Positions 18,222 through 27,444 of a stretch of DNA of 27,444 nucleotides are shown in pieces (the stretch's first letter is position 1; every line of letters begins with the position of its first letter). The position numbers and the translations under genes were made by a program. Below the pieces are notes generated by a model. The model saw nothing but the letters and a program-made list of their open reading frames with translations, made no database searches and had not been told where the DNA came from. Where the stretch lies: assembly GCA_039589315.1 (NCBI GenBank), contig JBDHHQ010000090.1, forward strand, positions 1-27,444. The letters are read 5' to 3'. The stretch comes from Gemmatimonadota bacterium (GTDB taxonomy: Bacteria > Gemmatimonadota > Gemmatimonadetes > Longimicrobiales > Gaopeijiaceae).

Positions 18222-19469
18222 ATGAGACCCTGTCCTCGACTCCGGTCCGCCTTCGTCCTCGTGCTCGCTGCGACCCTCGCCGCATGCGCCGGAGAGGGCG
18301 GTGGTGGCGAAGGGCGAGGGGAGGGGCTCCGGGGGGTCGACCTGGAGGCGAAGGTCCTTCGCGTGGGGATCCTGAACGATCTGAGCGGGCCGGCGGCGAC
18401 GATCGGCAGACCCATCGGTCTCGGTTTCGAGATGCTCTACAGCCAGATCAACGCCGGGGGAAGCGGACTCCTGCCCGACGGCTGGACCGTCGAGTGGGTG
18501 TCCAGAGACCACGGCTATAACCCCCAGCAGTCGGTCCAGCTGTACAACGAGGTCCAGGACGACGTCCTCTTCCTCGGCATGAGCTTCGGGACGCCCACGA
18601 CGCTGCCCCTCCACCCCATGCTCGAGCGCGACCGGATGCTCGCGATCTCCGTGTCGCTGTCGTCCAGGACCGGGCGTAACGAGTTCACGCCGGTCGTGAC
18701 GCCCACCTACCGTACCGAGGCCATGAGGGCGGTGGATTGGGCGGTCGAGCAGGCGGGTCCGTCCGTGAAGATCGGCATCGCCTATCAGCAGGACGACTTC
18801 GGGGAAGACGCCCTCGAGGGGCTCGAGGTCGAGGCCGAGTTCCACGGCGTGGAGGTCGTGTCGAAGCAGGCCATCGCACCGGGTCAGGCGGATTTCACCG
18901 CCGTCGTGTCGGCCCTCCGCTCCGCGGGGGCGGAATACGTGATGCTGGGGATCCTGCCCGGTGCCACCGGACCGCTTCTGGGTACCGCCGCCCAGTTGGG
19001 CTACCAACCGGTCTGGATGGGGAACTCGCCGGCTTGGCTGGATCGTTTCTTTGAGCCCGACGTCATCCCTCCGGAGGTCTTCGCCAGCTACCACTGGGTG
19101 GGCAGCCCGCCGTACTGGGGTGAGGACATCCCGGGCATGGAGCCGTTCCTCGACGCATACGTGCGTTTCGGCAGCTCCGAGATGGACCCGGACGGATACA
19201 TCATCTACGGCTACATGTACGCCTCGGCCGGCATCGAGGCCTTCCGTCGGGCGTTGGAGGCGGACGACGTGACGGCCGACGGTCTGCTGGCGGCCCTCCA
19301 CGAGATCGTCGACTGGGACGTCAACGGCCTCTCGCAGCCCATCTCTTTGGCGACCGTACCGTACGACGCCGGTCGGCTGACGCGGGTCCTCCGTCCAGTG
19401 ATGGAAGAGCGCACCTGGGAGGTGGTGAGCGACTTCGCCGCGCCTCAGAGCGACACCCCCGGAAGCTGA
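18222..19469 (+). CDS. ABC transporter substrate-binding lipoprotein (Leu/Ile/Val-binding, HAAT family)
   Basis: Lipobox LAAC. Motifs VGILNDLSGP, RDHGYNP, FGTPT, YQQDDFGED and DFTAVVSAL. First gene of the ABC operon. Confidence 0.9.
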   Translation: MRPCPRLRSAFVLVLAATLAACAGEGGGGEGRGEGLRGVDLEAKVLRVGILNDLSGPAATIGRPIGLGFEMLYSQINAGGSGLLPDGWTVEWVSRDHGYNPQQSVQLYNEVQDDVLFLGMSFGTPTTLPLHPMLERDRMLAISVSLSSRTGRNEFTPVVTPTYRTEAMRAVDWAVEQAGPSVKIGIAYQQDDFGEDALEGLEVEAEFHGVEVVSKQAIAPGQADFTAVVSALRSAGAEYVMLGILPGATGPLLGTAAQLGYQPVWMGNSPAWLDRFFEPDVIPPEVFASYHWVGSPPYWGEDIPGMEPFLDAYVRFGSSEMDPDGYIIYGYMYASAGIEAFRRALEADDVTADGLLAALHEIVDWDVNGLSQPISLATVPYDAGRLTRVLRPVMEERTWEVVSDFAAPQSDTPGS

Positions 19470-19485
19470 GCGCACGGGTCCCGGC

Positions 19486-20271
19486 GTGCTGGAGATCTCC
19501 AACCTCGAGGTCGTCTACAACGAGGTCGTCGCCGTCCTTCGGGGCATCAGCGTCCGGGTCCCCGACGGCCGGATCGTCGCCCTCCTCGGCCCGAACGGTG
19601 CCGGAAAGACGACGACCCTCCGGGCGATCTGCGGGCTGCTGGACATCCACGATGCAGAGGCGACCAAGGGTGCCGTGACCTTCGACGGTGTCGATCTGCT
19701 CGCTGCCAATCCCGCGGAGATCGTTGCCGCGGGGGTCGTCCAGGTCATGGAAGGCCGCCGGATCTTCATCGACCTGACCGTCGAGGAGAATCTTCGCGCG
19801 GGGGCCTTCACCCGACGCGACGCTGCGTATCAAGCCGAGATCGAGGCCCTCATGACCCGCTTCCCGGTCCTGGGCGAACGGCGGAGGCAGCTAGCTGGCT
19901 ACCTGTCCGGTGGCGAGCAGCAGATGCTGGCCATCGGGCGAGCGCTGCTGGTGGCTCCGCGGCTGCTCATCCTGGACGAGCCCTCCCTCGGGCTGGCCCC
20001 CAAAGTGGTGGGCGAGGTCGCGCGGGTGATCCAGGAGGTCCAGGAGCGCGGCGTGTCCATCTTGTTGATCGAGCAGAACGCGGGCCTGGCCCTGGAGCTC
20101 GCCGACTACGGCTACGTGATGGAGAACGGGAAGATCGTGTTGGACGGCGATCCCAAGGAGCTGTCCGAGGATCCCGACTTCCAGGAGTTCTACCTGGGGA
20201 TCGGCGCCGAGGGTCGCAGGAGCTATGCGGACGTGAAGCTGTACCGGCGCAAGAAGCGGTGGTTGTCGTGA
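19486..20271 (+). CDS. livF: ABC transporter ATP-binding protein (LivF-like)
   Basis: Walker A GPNGAGKT, signature LSGGEQQMLAIGRAL, Walker B LDEPSLGLAP. Confidence 0.93.
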   Translation: MLEISNLEVVYNEVVAVLRGISVRVPDGRIVALLGPNGAGKTTTLRAICGLLDIHDAEATKGAVTFDGVDLLAANPAEIVAAGVVQVMEGRRIFIDLTVEENLRAGAFTRRDAAYQAEIEALMTRFPVLGERRRQLAGYLSGGEQQMLAIGRALLVAPRLLILDEPSLGLAPKVVGEVARVIQEVQERGVSILLIEQNAGLALELADYGYVMENGKIVLDGDPKELSEDPDFQEFYLGIGAEGRRSYADVKLYRRKKRWLS

Positions 20272-21107
20272 GCGGGCCGCTCCTCCGCATCGAGGGTCTT
20301 ACTCTGGCGTTTTCCGGGCTCGTGGCGCTGAACGAGGTGTCCCTCGACGTGACGAAGGGGTCGCTCTACGCGATCATCGGCCCCAACGGCGCCGGGAAGT
20401 CCTCGCTCTTCAACTGCATCTCCGGGGTCCACCGGCCTGGAGCGGGCTCCATCGGTTTTGCCGGCCGCTCCCTCGTCGGGGTCCCTCCCCACAAGATCGC
20501 GTCCATGGGCGTGGCGAGGACGTTCCAGAACCTCGCCGTCTTCGACGAGCTCACGGTGCTGTCGAACCTGATGCTGGGACGCCATCACCTCTACCGGTCG
20601 AGCTGGCTCAGCGACCTGTTCTGGCTACCCGAGACGCGGCGCCAGGAGGTGGAGCACCGGGCCAGGGCAGAGGACGTCATCGACTTCCTGCGCCTGGAGA
20701 AGTACCGCAACCAGGCCGTCGGCGGACTCCCGTATGGCGTGAAAAAGCTCGTGGAGGTGGGACGAGCGCTCTGCATGGACCCCGAGCTCCTGCTACTGGA
20801 CGAGCCGGCGGCCGGACTCAACCAGGAAGAGACCGAGGCCCTCGCCCACTATCTGCTGGAGATCAAGGAGGCCTTCGGCATCACCCAGATCCTCATCGAG
20901 CACCAGCTCGGTCTGGTCCTCGACCTCGCGGACCGTGTGGCCGTCCTGGACTTCGGCGTGAAGGTCGCGGAAGGCGACCCCGAGGAGATCGCCAGTCACG
21001 AGGCCGTGCTGGAGGCCTACATCGGGGTGGGCACGCCCAGCGCGGCCGCGCCGGGTCGGATCAGCGAGGCCACGGGCGGAGCCGACAGCCACGGAGGTCC
21101 ACTATGA
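20268..21107 (+). CDS. livG: ABC transporter ATP-binding protein (LivG-like)
   Basis: Motifs GPNGAGKS, ARTFQN, LPYG and LLLDEPAAG. GTGA overlap with the previous stop. Confidence 0.92.
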   Translation: MSGPLLRIEGLTLAFSGLVALNEVSLDVTKGSLYAIIGPNGAGKSSLFNCISGVHRPGAGSIGFAGRSLVGVPPHKIASMGVARTFQNLAVFDELTVLSNLMLGRHHLYRSSWLSDLFWLPETRRQEVEHRARAEDVIDFLRLEKYRNQAVGGLPYGVKKLVEVGRALCMDPELLLLDEPAAGLNQEETEALAHYLLEIKEAFGITQILIEHQLGLVLDLADRVAVLDFGVKVAEGDPEEIASHEAVLEAYIGVGTPSAAAPGRISEATGGADSHGGPL

Positions 21108-22957
21108 CGTCCGTGGTGATCGCGGCGGTTCCGGGGCTCCGGGTGGCCGAGCACCGCGAGCGCTTCGCGCAGACCCTCCCAGGGCGGCTCGTGCTCTGGG
21201 CTCACGACCGTCCGCACGCGGTGGCGCTGCGGGTCAAGGACTTCGGGCGGTGGGAGGAGATCACCTGGAGAGGCTACCTGGACCGGGTGCGCATGGTTGC
21301 GATGGCCCTGAGGGACCTGGGCGTGGAGCCTGGCGACCACGTGGCGATCCACAGCGAGAACCGCCCGGAGTGGATGTACGTGGATCTCGCGGTCCAGGGG
21401 ATCGGCGCGCGGAGCGTGGGCGTCTACCAGACCAATCCTCCGGCTGACGTGGCGTATCTGCTGAACCACAGCCGGTCGGTCGTCCATTTCGCAGAAGACC
21501 AGGAACAGGTGGACAAGGCGGTGGCGATTGCCGACCAGACGCCGTCGGTGCGGCACCTGATCGCCTTCGACCCCCGGGGTACCTGGGCCTGTGGCGATCC
21601 GCGGCTCATGAGCTGGGAGGCCCTCCTCGCCCGCGGGCAGGAGCTGCTCGAGGAGGAGCCCGATTGGTACCTGGAGCGGGTGCTGGAGCTGGATCCCGGC
21701 GCTCCGTCGATGGTCGTCTACACCTCGGGCACCACGGGGAAGCCCAAGGGCGCCATGATCAGCAGCCGCAACGCGCTGTTCAGCGAGGGCATGGCCGAGG
21801 ACCTGGGGTACGCCGAAAAGGACATCATCCTCTCCTACCTGCCACTTTGCCACGTCGCCGAGAAGATCTTCAGCCTCTTCACCGCCATGTTCTCGGGCTG
21901 CGTCGTTCACTTCGGAGAGTCCATCGAGACCGTCCGCGGCGATCTCCGGGAGGTCTCACCCACGATCTTCCTGGGCGTCCCCAGGATCTGGGAGAAGATG
22001 TACGCCTCGGTGAACCTGAGGATGAAGGACGCGTCGTGGCTGAAGCGAACCCTCTTTGCCGCCTGTGTCTCGACGGGCCGCCGGCTGGCGGCGAAGCGGG
22101 AGGAGGGATCCATGCGAGCCACCGATCGCCTCCAGTGGTGGTTGTGCGATCTGCTGGTTTTCCGGGCCCTGCAGGAGCAGCTCGGCATGCGGCGGTGCCG
22201 TATTCCGATCAGCGCGGCGGCGCCGATCGCGCCGGAGATCCTCCAGTGGCTCCACGCCATCGGCGTCCCGGTGCGGGAAGGCTATGGGCAGACGGAGTGC
22301 GCCGGCGTGAGCCATATCAACCTCCCCGGGAGCAACCGTCTCGGATCGGTGGGCACTCCGATCCCCGGCCTGGAGCAGCGGATCGCCGACGACGGCGAGG
22401 TCCTGGTCCGGGGACCCAACGTCTTCGTGGGCTACCTGCACGACCCGGAGGCCACCGCTTCCACGATCGACGCCGACGGGTGGCTGCATACGGGGGACAT
22501 CGGGACCATCGACGACGATGGTTACCTCTGGATCACGGGGCGCAAGAAGGAGCTGATCATCACCTCGGGAGGGAAGAACATGTCGCCCGAGACCATCGAA
22601 AACGCCCTCAAGACCAGCCCGTACATCCACGAGGCCGTGGCCGTGGGTGACGGCCGGAAGTTCATCTCGGCTCTGGTCCAGATCGAGTATGACGTGGTCG
22701 CGGACTGGGCAAGCCGAGCGAGCATCCAATACACGTCCTTCGCTGACCTGTCGGCCAACAGCGCCGTGATCAAGCTCCTGGACGGGGAGGTCTATCACTG
22801 CAACGATCTTCTGCCCCGGGTCGCGCACGTACGGGCGTTCCGGACCTTGCCCAAGGAGCTGAACGAGGACGACGGCGAGCTCACCGCCACGCGGAAGGTG
22901 AGGCGCCGCAACGTCCATGCGGCGTACGCCCATCTCATCGACGACATCTACGGGTAG
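21104..22957 (+). CDS. fadD: Long-chain fatty acyl-CoA synthetase (AMP-dependent)
   Basis: Motifs YTSGTTGKPKG, SYLPLCH, VPRIWEK, GYGQTE, GWLHTGDIG and ELTATRKVRR. ATGA overlap with the previous gene. Confidence 0.9.
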   Translation: MTSVVIAAVPGLRVAEHRERFAQTLPGRLVLWAHDRPHAVALRVKDFGRWEEITWRGYLDRVRMVAMALRDLGVEPGDHVAIHSENRPEWMYVDLAVQGIGARSVGVYQTNPPADVAYLLNHSRSVVHFAEDQEQVDKAVAIADQTPSVRHLIAFDPRGTWACGDPRLMSWEALLARGQELLEEEPDWYLERVLELDPGAPSMVVYTSGTTGKPKGAMISSRNALFSEGMAEDLGYAEKDIILSYLPLCHVAEKIFSLFTAMFSGCVVHFGESIETVRGDLREVSPTIFLGVPRIWEKMYASVNLRMKDASWLKRTLFAACVSTGRRLAAKREEGSMRATDRLQWWLCDLLVFRALQEQLGMRRCRIPISAAAPIAPEILQWLHAIGVPVREGYGQTECAGVSHINLPGSNRLGSVGTPIPGLEQRIADDGEVLVRGPNVFVGYLHDPEATASTIDADGWLHTGDIGTIDDDGYLWITGRKKELIITSGGKNMSPETIENALKTSPYIHEAVAVGDGRKFISALVQIEYDVVADWASRASIQYTSFADLSANSAVIKLLDGEVYHCNDLLPRVAHVRAFRTLPKELNEDDGELTATRKVRRRNVHAAYAHLIDDIYG

Positions 22958-22967
22958 GGAGCGGTCG

Positions 22968-23864
22968 ATGACGAACCTGGTGCAGTTGCTGGCCTCGGGG
23001 ATCGCGCTCGGGACGATCTACGCCCTGATCGCTCTGGGGTTCGTCGTCATCTACCGGGCCTCGCGGGTCTTCAACTTCGCCCAGGGCGAGCTGGTCGTGG
23101 TGGGCGCGTTCGTCATGGTCACCCTCAGCCAGGCCGGCCTTCCGTGGCCCGTGGCGGTGCTCGCCACCATGGTCGTCACCGGGCTCGTGGCAGCCACCGT
23201 CGAGCGGCTGGTCCTCCGCCCGCTGGTGGGACGCAGCGTGGTGATCACCATAATCCTGACCATCTTCGTGGGCCTGATCCTCCGGGTCCTCATCATGGTC
23301 ATCTTCGGGCCGGACCAGCGGGGCATGCCCACGCCCTGGGCCATGAACGCTCAGGTGACCATCGGGGGCGCTACGCTCTTCATCAACTCGCTGGCCGCCG
23401 TGGTCGCCGGGGCCGTGGCCCTGGGGGGGTTCTACTACCTGATCCGCTTCAGTCGCATCGGCATCGCCATGCGTGCCACCAGCTCGGACCAGGAGGCCGC
23501 CCTGTGCCTCGGGATCCCCGTCGGACGCATCTTCGGGTACACGTGGTTCCTGGCCGGGGCATTCGCCGCATTGGGCGGCATCTTCCTCGGGATGTTCCCC
23601 CGCACGGTGGACACCAACCTGGGGCTGGTGGCTCTGAAGGCCTTCCCGGTCGTGATCGTGGGCGGGCTCGAGTCGGCCATCGGGGTGGTCATCGCCGGGG
23701 TGATCCTCGGCGTCATCGAGGTGCTCACCCAGGGATACCTGAACCCCCTCCTCGGCAGCTTCGGTCAGAACTTCCACGAGGTCCTGCCGTACATCATCAT
23801 GGTCCTCTTCCTCATGGTGCGCCCGTACGGGATCGCGGGGCAGGAGGAGGTGGAGCGCGTATGA
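22968..23864 (+). CDS. livH: Branched-chain-type ABC permease (LivH-like)
   Basis: Motifs GTIYALIALGF, NFAQGE, GIAMRA, KAFPVVIVGG and VRPYG. RBS GGGAG. Confidence 0.92.
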   Translation: MTNLVQLLASGIALGTIYALIALGFVVIYRASRVFNFAQGELVVVGAFVMVTLSQAGLPWPVAVLATMVVTGLVAATVERLVLRPLVGRSVVITIILTIFVGLILRVLIMVIFGPDQRGMPTPWAMNAQVTIGGATLFINSLAAVVAGAVALGGFYYLIRFSRIGIAMRATSSDQEAALCLGIPVGRIFGYTWFLAGAFAALGGIFLGMFPRTVDTNLGLVALKAFPVVIVGGLESAIGVVIAGVILGVIEVLTQGYLNPLLGSFGQNFHEVLPYIIMVLFLMVRPYGIAGQEEVERV

Positions 23865-23878
23865 GGGGGAGCCCCTAG

Positions 23879-24973
23879 GTGCCGATCCGCCGGCTGGTCA
23901 CTCGCTACGAGGACGATCTGTCACTGTTTCCCACGCGGTGGCACAAGATCGGCCTGGCGTTGACGGTGCTCGTCCTCGTCGCGGTCCCGCTGACCGCGAA
24001 CCGGTACTGGCTCGACGTCGTGAACCTGACGGCGGTGTATGTGGTGGGGGCAGTGGCGCTCGTCGTCCTCACGGGCTTCACCGGGCAGATCTCCCTGGGG
24101 CACGCGGCCTTCCTGGCCGTGGGGGCGTATTGCGCGGCCGTCTTCGGCAACCACCTGGGGATGCCCTTCTGGCTCGTGATCCCCGTGGCCGGCCTGGTGG
24201 CGGCCGCCGTAGGGTTGGCGGCCGGCCCGTTCGCGCTACGGCTCCGCGGCCTCTACCTGGCCATCATCACCATCGGCCTCGTGTTCGTGGTGAACCACGT
24301 CCTCCGCTCGCTTCCGAGCCTAACCGGTGGGCTGCAGGGGACTTCCGTGCCCATGCTCTGGTGGTTCGATCGTGGCGCCGCCGGAGATCTGCTGGGGGGA
24401 TACCGGGCAACGACCACCCTGGGACCGGTGAGCCTGGACACGGACGTGAAGATATACCTCCTCTTCGTGCTCCTGGCGGTCCTGACGATCTGGTGTGGCA
24501 CGAACCTCCGCCGCTCGAACTCGGGCCGGGCCATGATGGCCGTGCGGGACCACGATCTCGCCGCCGCCGTTCTTGGCGTGAGCCCGGCCCGGTACAAGAT
24601 CATCGGCTTCGGCATCTCCTCGTTCTTCGCGGGCGTGGCGGGGGCCATGTACGGGTTCAAGGCCGCCTACATCACCATCGACCCGCCGTTCAACCTGAAC
24701 ATGAGCGTCGAGTTCATCGCCATCATCGTGATCGGAGGGGCGACCACGGTCACCGGTGCCACGCTGGGTGCGCTGTTCTTCGGCCTGGTCCGACCGTTGG
24801 CCGAATCGGCGGCGAACCGGATGGACGTGCTGGAGGCGTTGACCACCTCGCAGCAGTCGCTGCTCATGCTGGCGGTGCTGGTGATCGGGTTCATGCTGCT
24901 CGAGCCCAACGGTCTGCGAGGGGTCTGGCTCCGGGTCAGGCGGTACTTCGCCAGTTGGCCCTTCCGGTACTGA
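23879..24973 (+). CDS. livM: Branched-chain-type ABC permease (LivM-like)
   Basis: Motifs GFTGQISLGHAAF, LRLRGLYLAI, GRAMMAVRD, YKIIGFGISSFFAG and EPNGL. Confidence 0.92.
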   Translation: MPIRRLVTRYEDDLSLFPTRWHKIGLALTVLVLVAVPLTANRYWLDVVNLTAVYVVGAVALVVLTGFTGQISLGHAAFLAVGAYCAAVFGNHLGMPFWLVIPVAGLVAAAVGLAAGPFALRLRGLYLAIITIGLVFVVNHVLRSLPSLTGGLQGTSVPMLWWFDRGAAGDLLGGYRATTTLGPVSLDTDVKIYLLFVLLAVLTIWCGTNLRRSNSGRAMMAVRDHDLAAAVLGVSPARYKIIGFGISSFFAGVAGAMYGFKAAYITIDPPFNLNMSVEFIAIIVIGGATTVTGATLGALFFGLVRPLAESAANRMDVLEALTTSQQSLLMLAVLVIGFMLLEPNGLRGVWLRVRRYFASWPFRY

Positions 24974-25075
24974 CCGGCTTCGGCGCGGGAGGGGGGAAGC
25001 CACCCTGATCGCCGTAGGCTCTTACGCACCGGGTGCTCGGCCTGGTCAGGGAAGCGATACCTCCTCCTATCAGCC

Positions 25076-25885
25076 TCATATGAACTGCGCCCGGTCCAGA
25101 CCGCCTTCGGCGATCTGCTGCGTCGCATGCTCGGCCGTCCGCCGGCTCTGGCCGGAGTCGGCGACGTAGGGGGCGAGGGGGCCGAGCTCGGGATTCGACG
25201 CCAGCGCTTCGTGGATCAGGTCGAGGAGGGCCGACCGTACCACGGCCGCCCTGCCCCAGATGCCCGTGATCTGGGCCAGGTCGAGCGCCACCTCTCCGTT
25301 CGCCTGAAGCGCCGTGAGCCCTTCGGCGTACGCCTGCACCATCCCGTGCTTGACCCGGTTGTGGACCATCTTGGCGAAGTGGCCGGCGCCGGCGGGGCCG
25401 AAGTGCCCCCAGCCGCCGCCGTCGTCGGGTGCCAGGGAATCGAAGACGGGCGTCATGCGTGAGACGGCGCCACCGTCGCCCCCGACCATCAACGCGTAGC
25501 CCCGCTCCGCTCCGCCGACCCCTCCGCTGGTTCCCACGTCCAGCAGGTGGATGCCCTGCCCAGCCAGCGCGCTGGCCCTGGCCGCGGAGTCCGAGAAGTG
25601 GCTGTTGCCGCCGTCGACGACCACGTCCTGGGCCTCCAGGAGACGTGACAGCTGGTCAAGGGTGCCCTTGGTGGGAGCGCCGGGCGGCACCATGAGCCAG
25701 AGTGCCCGGGGAGGGGTGAGCGCGGCCACCATCGACCCGAGGTCCGGGACCGTCGACACTCCCTCTTGGGCCAACGCTCCGGCGGCGGTCTGGTCGCGGT
25801 CGTAGGCCACGACGCGGTGGTGCCGCAGGAGCCGCCGGGCCATCCCGGTGCCCATGGCCCCGAGTCCGATCATACCGATCTCCAT
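25076..25885 (-). pseudogene. gnd: Degenerate short-type (YqeC-like) 6-phosphogluconate dehydrogenase
   Basis: IGMIGLGAMG, WLMVP, DGGNS, DVGTSGG and GAGHFAKMVHN are retained, with RBS GGAGGA. The conserved GIEYG reads RVKHG, and the conserved C-terminal tail is replaced. The ORF is still open (269 aa). Confidence 0.7.
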
Positions 25886-26046
25886 ACAGTGGATTCCTCC
25901 GGTGGGGTCGACGCGTTCGGAGCCGGACTCGCGGCTGTTCCAGCGCAGGGATCGCCAGACTAGCGCGCCGCGGTCCCGGGGTCCAACCTTCCGGATCCGG
26001 ATTCCCGCATGAGAGGCACCGACCCACCGGACCCGCGAGGTGAACC

Positions 26047-27444
26047 GTGCGAGCCAGAGCCAGCAGCCACACCCACAAAGCCGGATCACTCCTTCTCCTG
26101 GCCGCCCTCAGCGGCTTGGTGGCGATCGAGCCCGTTCCCGCGCAGTCGCCCGAGACGAGCGTCGATCCGGCCGCTTTCGAGGCTCTTCGCTACCGCTTGA
26201 TCGGGCCCCACCGAGCCGGCAGGGTCACGGCGGTCGCGGGCGTCCGCACCCAGCCCTTCACGTTCTACATGGGCTCCACCGGGGGCGGCGTGTGGAAGAC
26301 CGAGGACGCGGGGCAGCGGTGGCGCAACGTGTCGGACGGCTACTTCGCGGCCGGATCCATGGGGGCGTTGGCCGTAGCGGACGCGAACCCGAGGGTCATA
26401 TACGCCGGCACCGGTTCGTCGGCCATTCGCGGCAACGTCTCGGCGGGCGACGGGATGTACAAGTCCACCGACGCCGGAGAGACGTGGCGGCACGTGGGTC
26501 TCGAAGACGCCGGTCAGATCGGCGAGATCGTCGTGCACCCGGACGATCCCGACCTGGTCTACGCGGCGGTGCTGGGCCACGCCTTCGGCCCGAACGACAC
26601 CCGAGGCGTATACCGGTCCCAGGACGGCGGCGACACCTGGGAGAACGTCCTGTTCATCTCCGAGAACACCGGTGCCGTGAAGCTCTCCATGACCCCCGGG
26701 CGCCCGGCCGAGCTGTATGCGGCCATGTGGACCGCTCGCCGCGGCCCCTGGAGCCTGGTCTCCGGCAGCGACGAGTCCGGCATCTTCAAGACCGTGGACG
26801 GTGGCGACACCTGGACAGAGCTGGGCGGCGGACTGCCGGAGGGCGTGGTGGGCAAGGCCGACGTGACGGTTTCCGGTGGGAATCCGGAACGCGTCTGGGT
26901 GCTGATCGAGCACGCCGACGGGGGCGTGTACCGTTCCGACGATGCCGGGGCCTCGTGGAGGTACCTGAACGACGACCAGGGTCTGCGGGCCCGCCCCTGG
27001 TACTACACGCACATCCACGCCGATCCGGTGGACCCGAACGTGGTCTACGTATCCAGCGAGGACTTCTGGAAGTCGTCGGACGGCGGAGAGACGTTCGAGC
27101 TCGTAGAGGTGCCCCACGGCGACACCCACGACCTCTGGATCAACCCGGACGACAACAGAATGATGATCGAGGCCAACGATGGCGGCGCCAACGTGAGCCT
27201 CAACGGCGGCGAGAGTTGGTCCACCGTCATGAACCAGCCCACCGCCGAGTTCTACCGGGTCACCGTGGACAACCAGTTTCCGTACCGCGTCTACGGGGGG
27301 CAACAGGACAACTCCACGCTGTCGCTCCCCAGCCGCACCAACACGGGCGCCATCACGATCCAGCACTGGTACAGCGTCGGTGGCGGTGAGAGCGGCCACA
27401 TCGCCGTCGATCCGCGGAACCCCGACATCATCTACGCGGGGAGC
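26047..27444 (+). CDS. Secreted Asp-box/BNR-repeat (VPS10/sortilin-like) glycosyl hydrolase-type protein, runs off the window end
   Basis: Not in the ORF track because there is no stop in the window. GTG at 26047 after GAGGT, then a signal peptide and YRLIGPHRAGRVTAV. Seven Asp-boxes: KTEDAGQRW, KSTDAGETW, RSQDGGDTW, KTVDGGDTW, RSDDAGASW, KSSDGGETF, SLNGGESW. Also HGDTHDLWINP and GGQQDNS. Confidence 0.92.
   Translation, partial: MRARASSHTHKAGSLLLLAALSGLVAIEPVPAQSPETSVDPAAFEALRYRLIGPHRAGRVTAVAGVRTQPFTFYMGSTGGGVWKTEDAGQRWRNVSDGYFAAGSMGALAVADANPRVIYAGTGSSAIRGNVSAGDGMYKSTDAGETWRHVGLEDAGQIGEIVVHPDDPDLVYAAVLGHAFGPNDTRGVYRSQDGGDTWENVLFISENTGAVKLSMTPGRPAELYAAMWTARRGPWSLVSGSDESGIFKTVDGGDTWTELGGGLPEGVVGKADVTVSGGNPERVWVLIEHADGGVYRSDDAGASWRYLNDDQGLRARPWYYTHIHADPVDPNVVYVSSEDFWKSSDGGETFELVEVPHGDTHDLWINPDDNRMMIEANDGGANVSLNGGESWSTVMNQPTAEFYRVTVDNQFPYRVYGGQQDNSTLSLPSRTNTGAITIQHWYSVGGGESGHIAVDPRNPDIIYAGS

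Noticed and set aside
26040..27389. 449-aa plus-strand ORF in the track
   Set aside because: Wrong frame. The real gene starts at 26047 in another frame and has no stop within the window.
1..27444. Mobile elements, defence systems, tRNA/rRNA, riboswitches
   Set aside because: No transposase, integrase, nuclease or structured-RNA signature was recognisable by eye. An Infernal/Rfam scan of intergenic regions (2060-2340, 2690-2897, 11700-11900, 25890-26046) would be needed to exclude RNAs.

Overview
High-GC bacterial genomic window. The gene families resemble Gemmatimonadota, but this is inferred from protein style only. It holds about 23 genes or gene remnants: dodecin, a DUF937/TPR chimera, a membrane fatty acid desaturase, a DUF5916-type outer-membrane protein, two Hanks-type Ser/Thr kinases, a Tat-exported Ntn asparaginase-2 hydrolase, RsmD, an alpha/beta esterase, a frameshifted three-repeat hypothetical protein, a Spondin_N lipoprotein, DoxX, an M24 peptidase, a PaaI thioesterase divergent from a Liv-type ABC operon with an embedded long-chain acyl-CoA synthetase, a degenerate 6-phosphogluconate dehydrogenase, and the 5' part of an Asp-box/VPS10-like protein. 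I saw no rRNA, tRNA, CRISPR array or mobile element. The most striking structure is an apparent ~1.55 kb inversion (about 835-2393) with deletions at both ends. Four gene fragments (DUF937 N-terminus, TPR C-terminus, a hidden LysM C-terminus, a 2-TM N-terminus) pair up correctly when the segment is flipped. Several other genes carry small lesions. All family calls come from motif recognition, not database searches.
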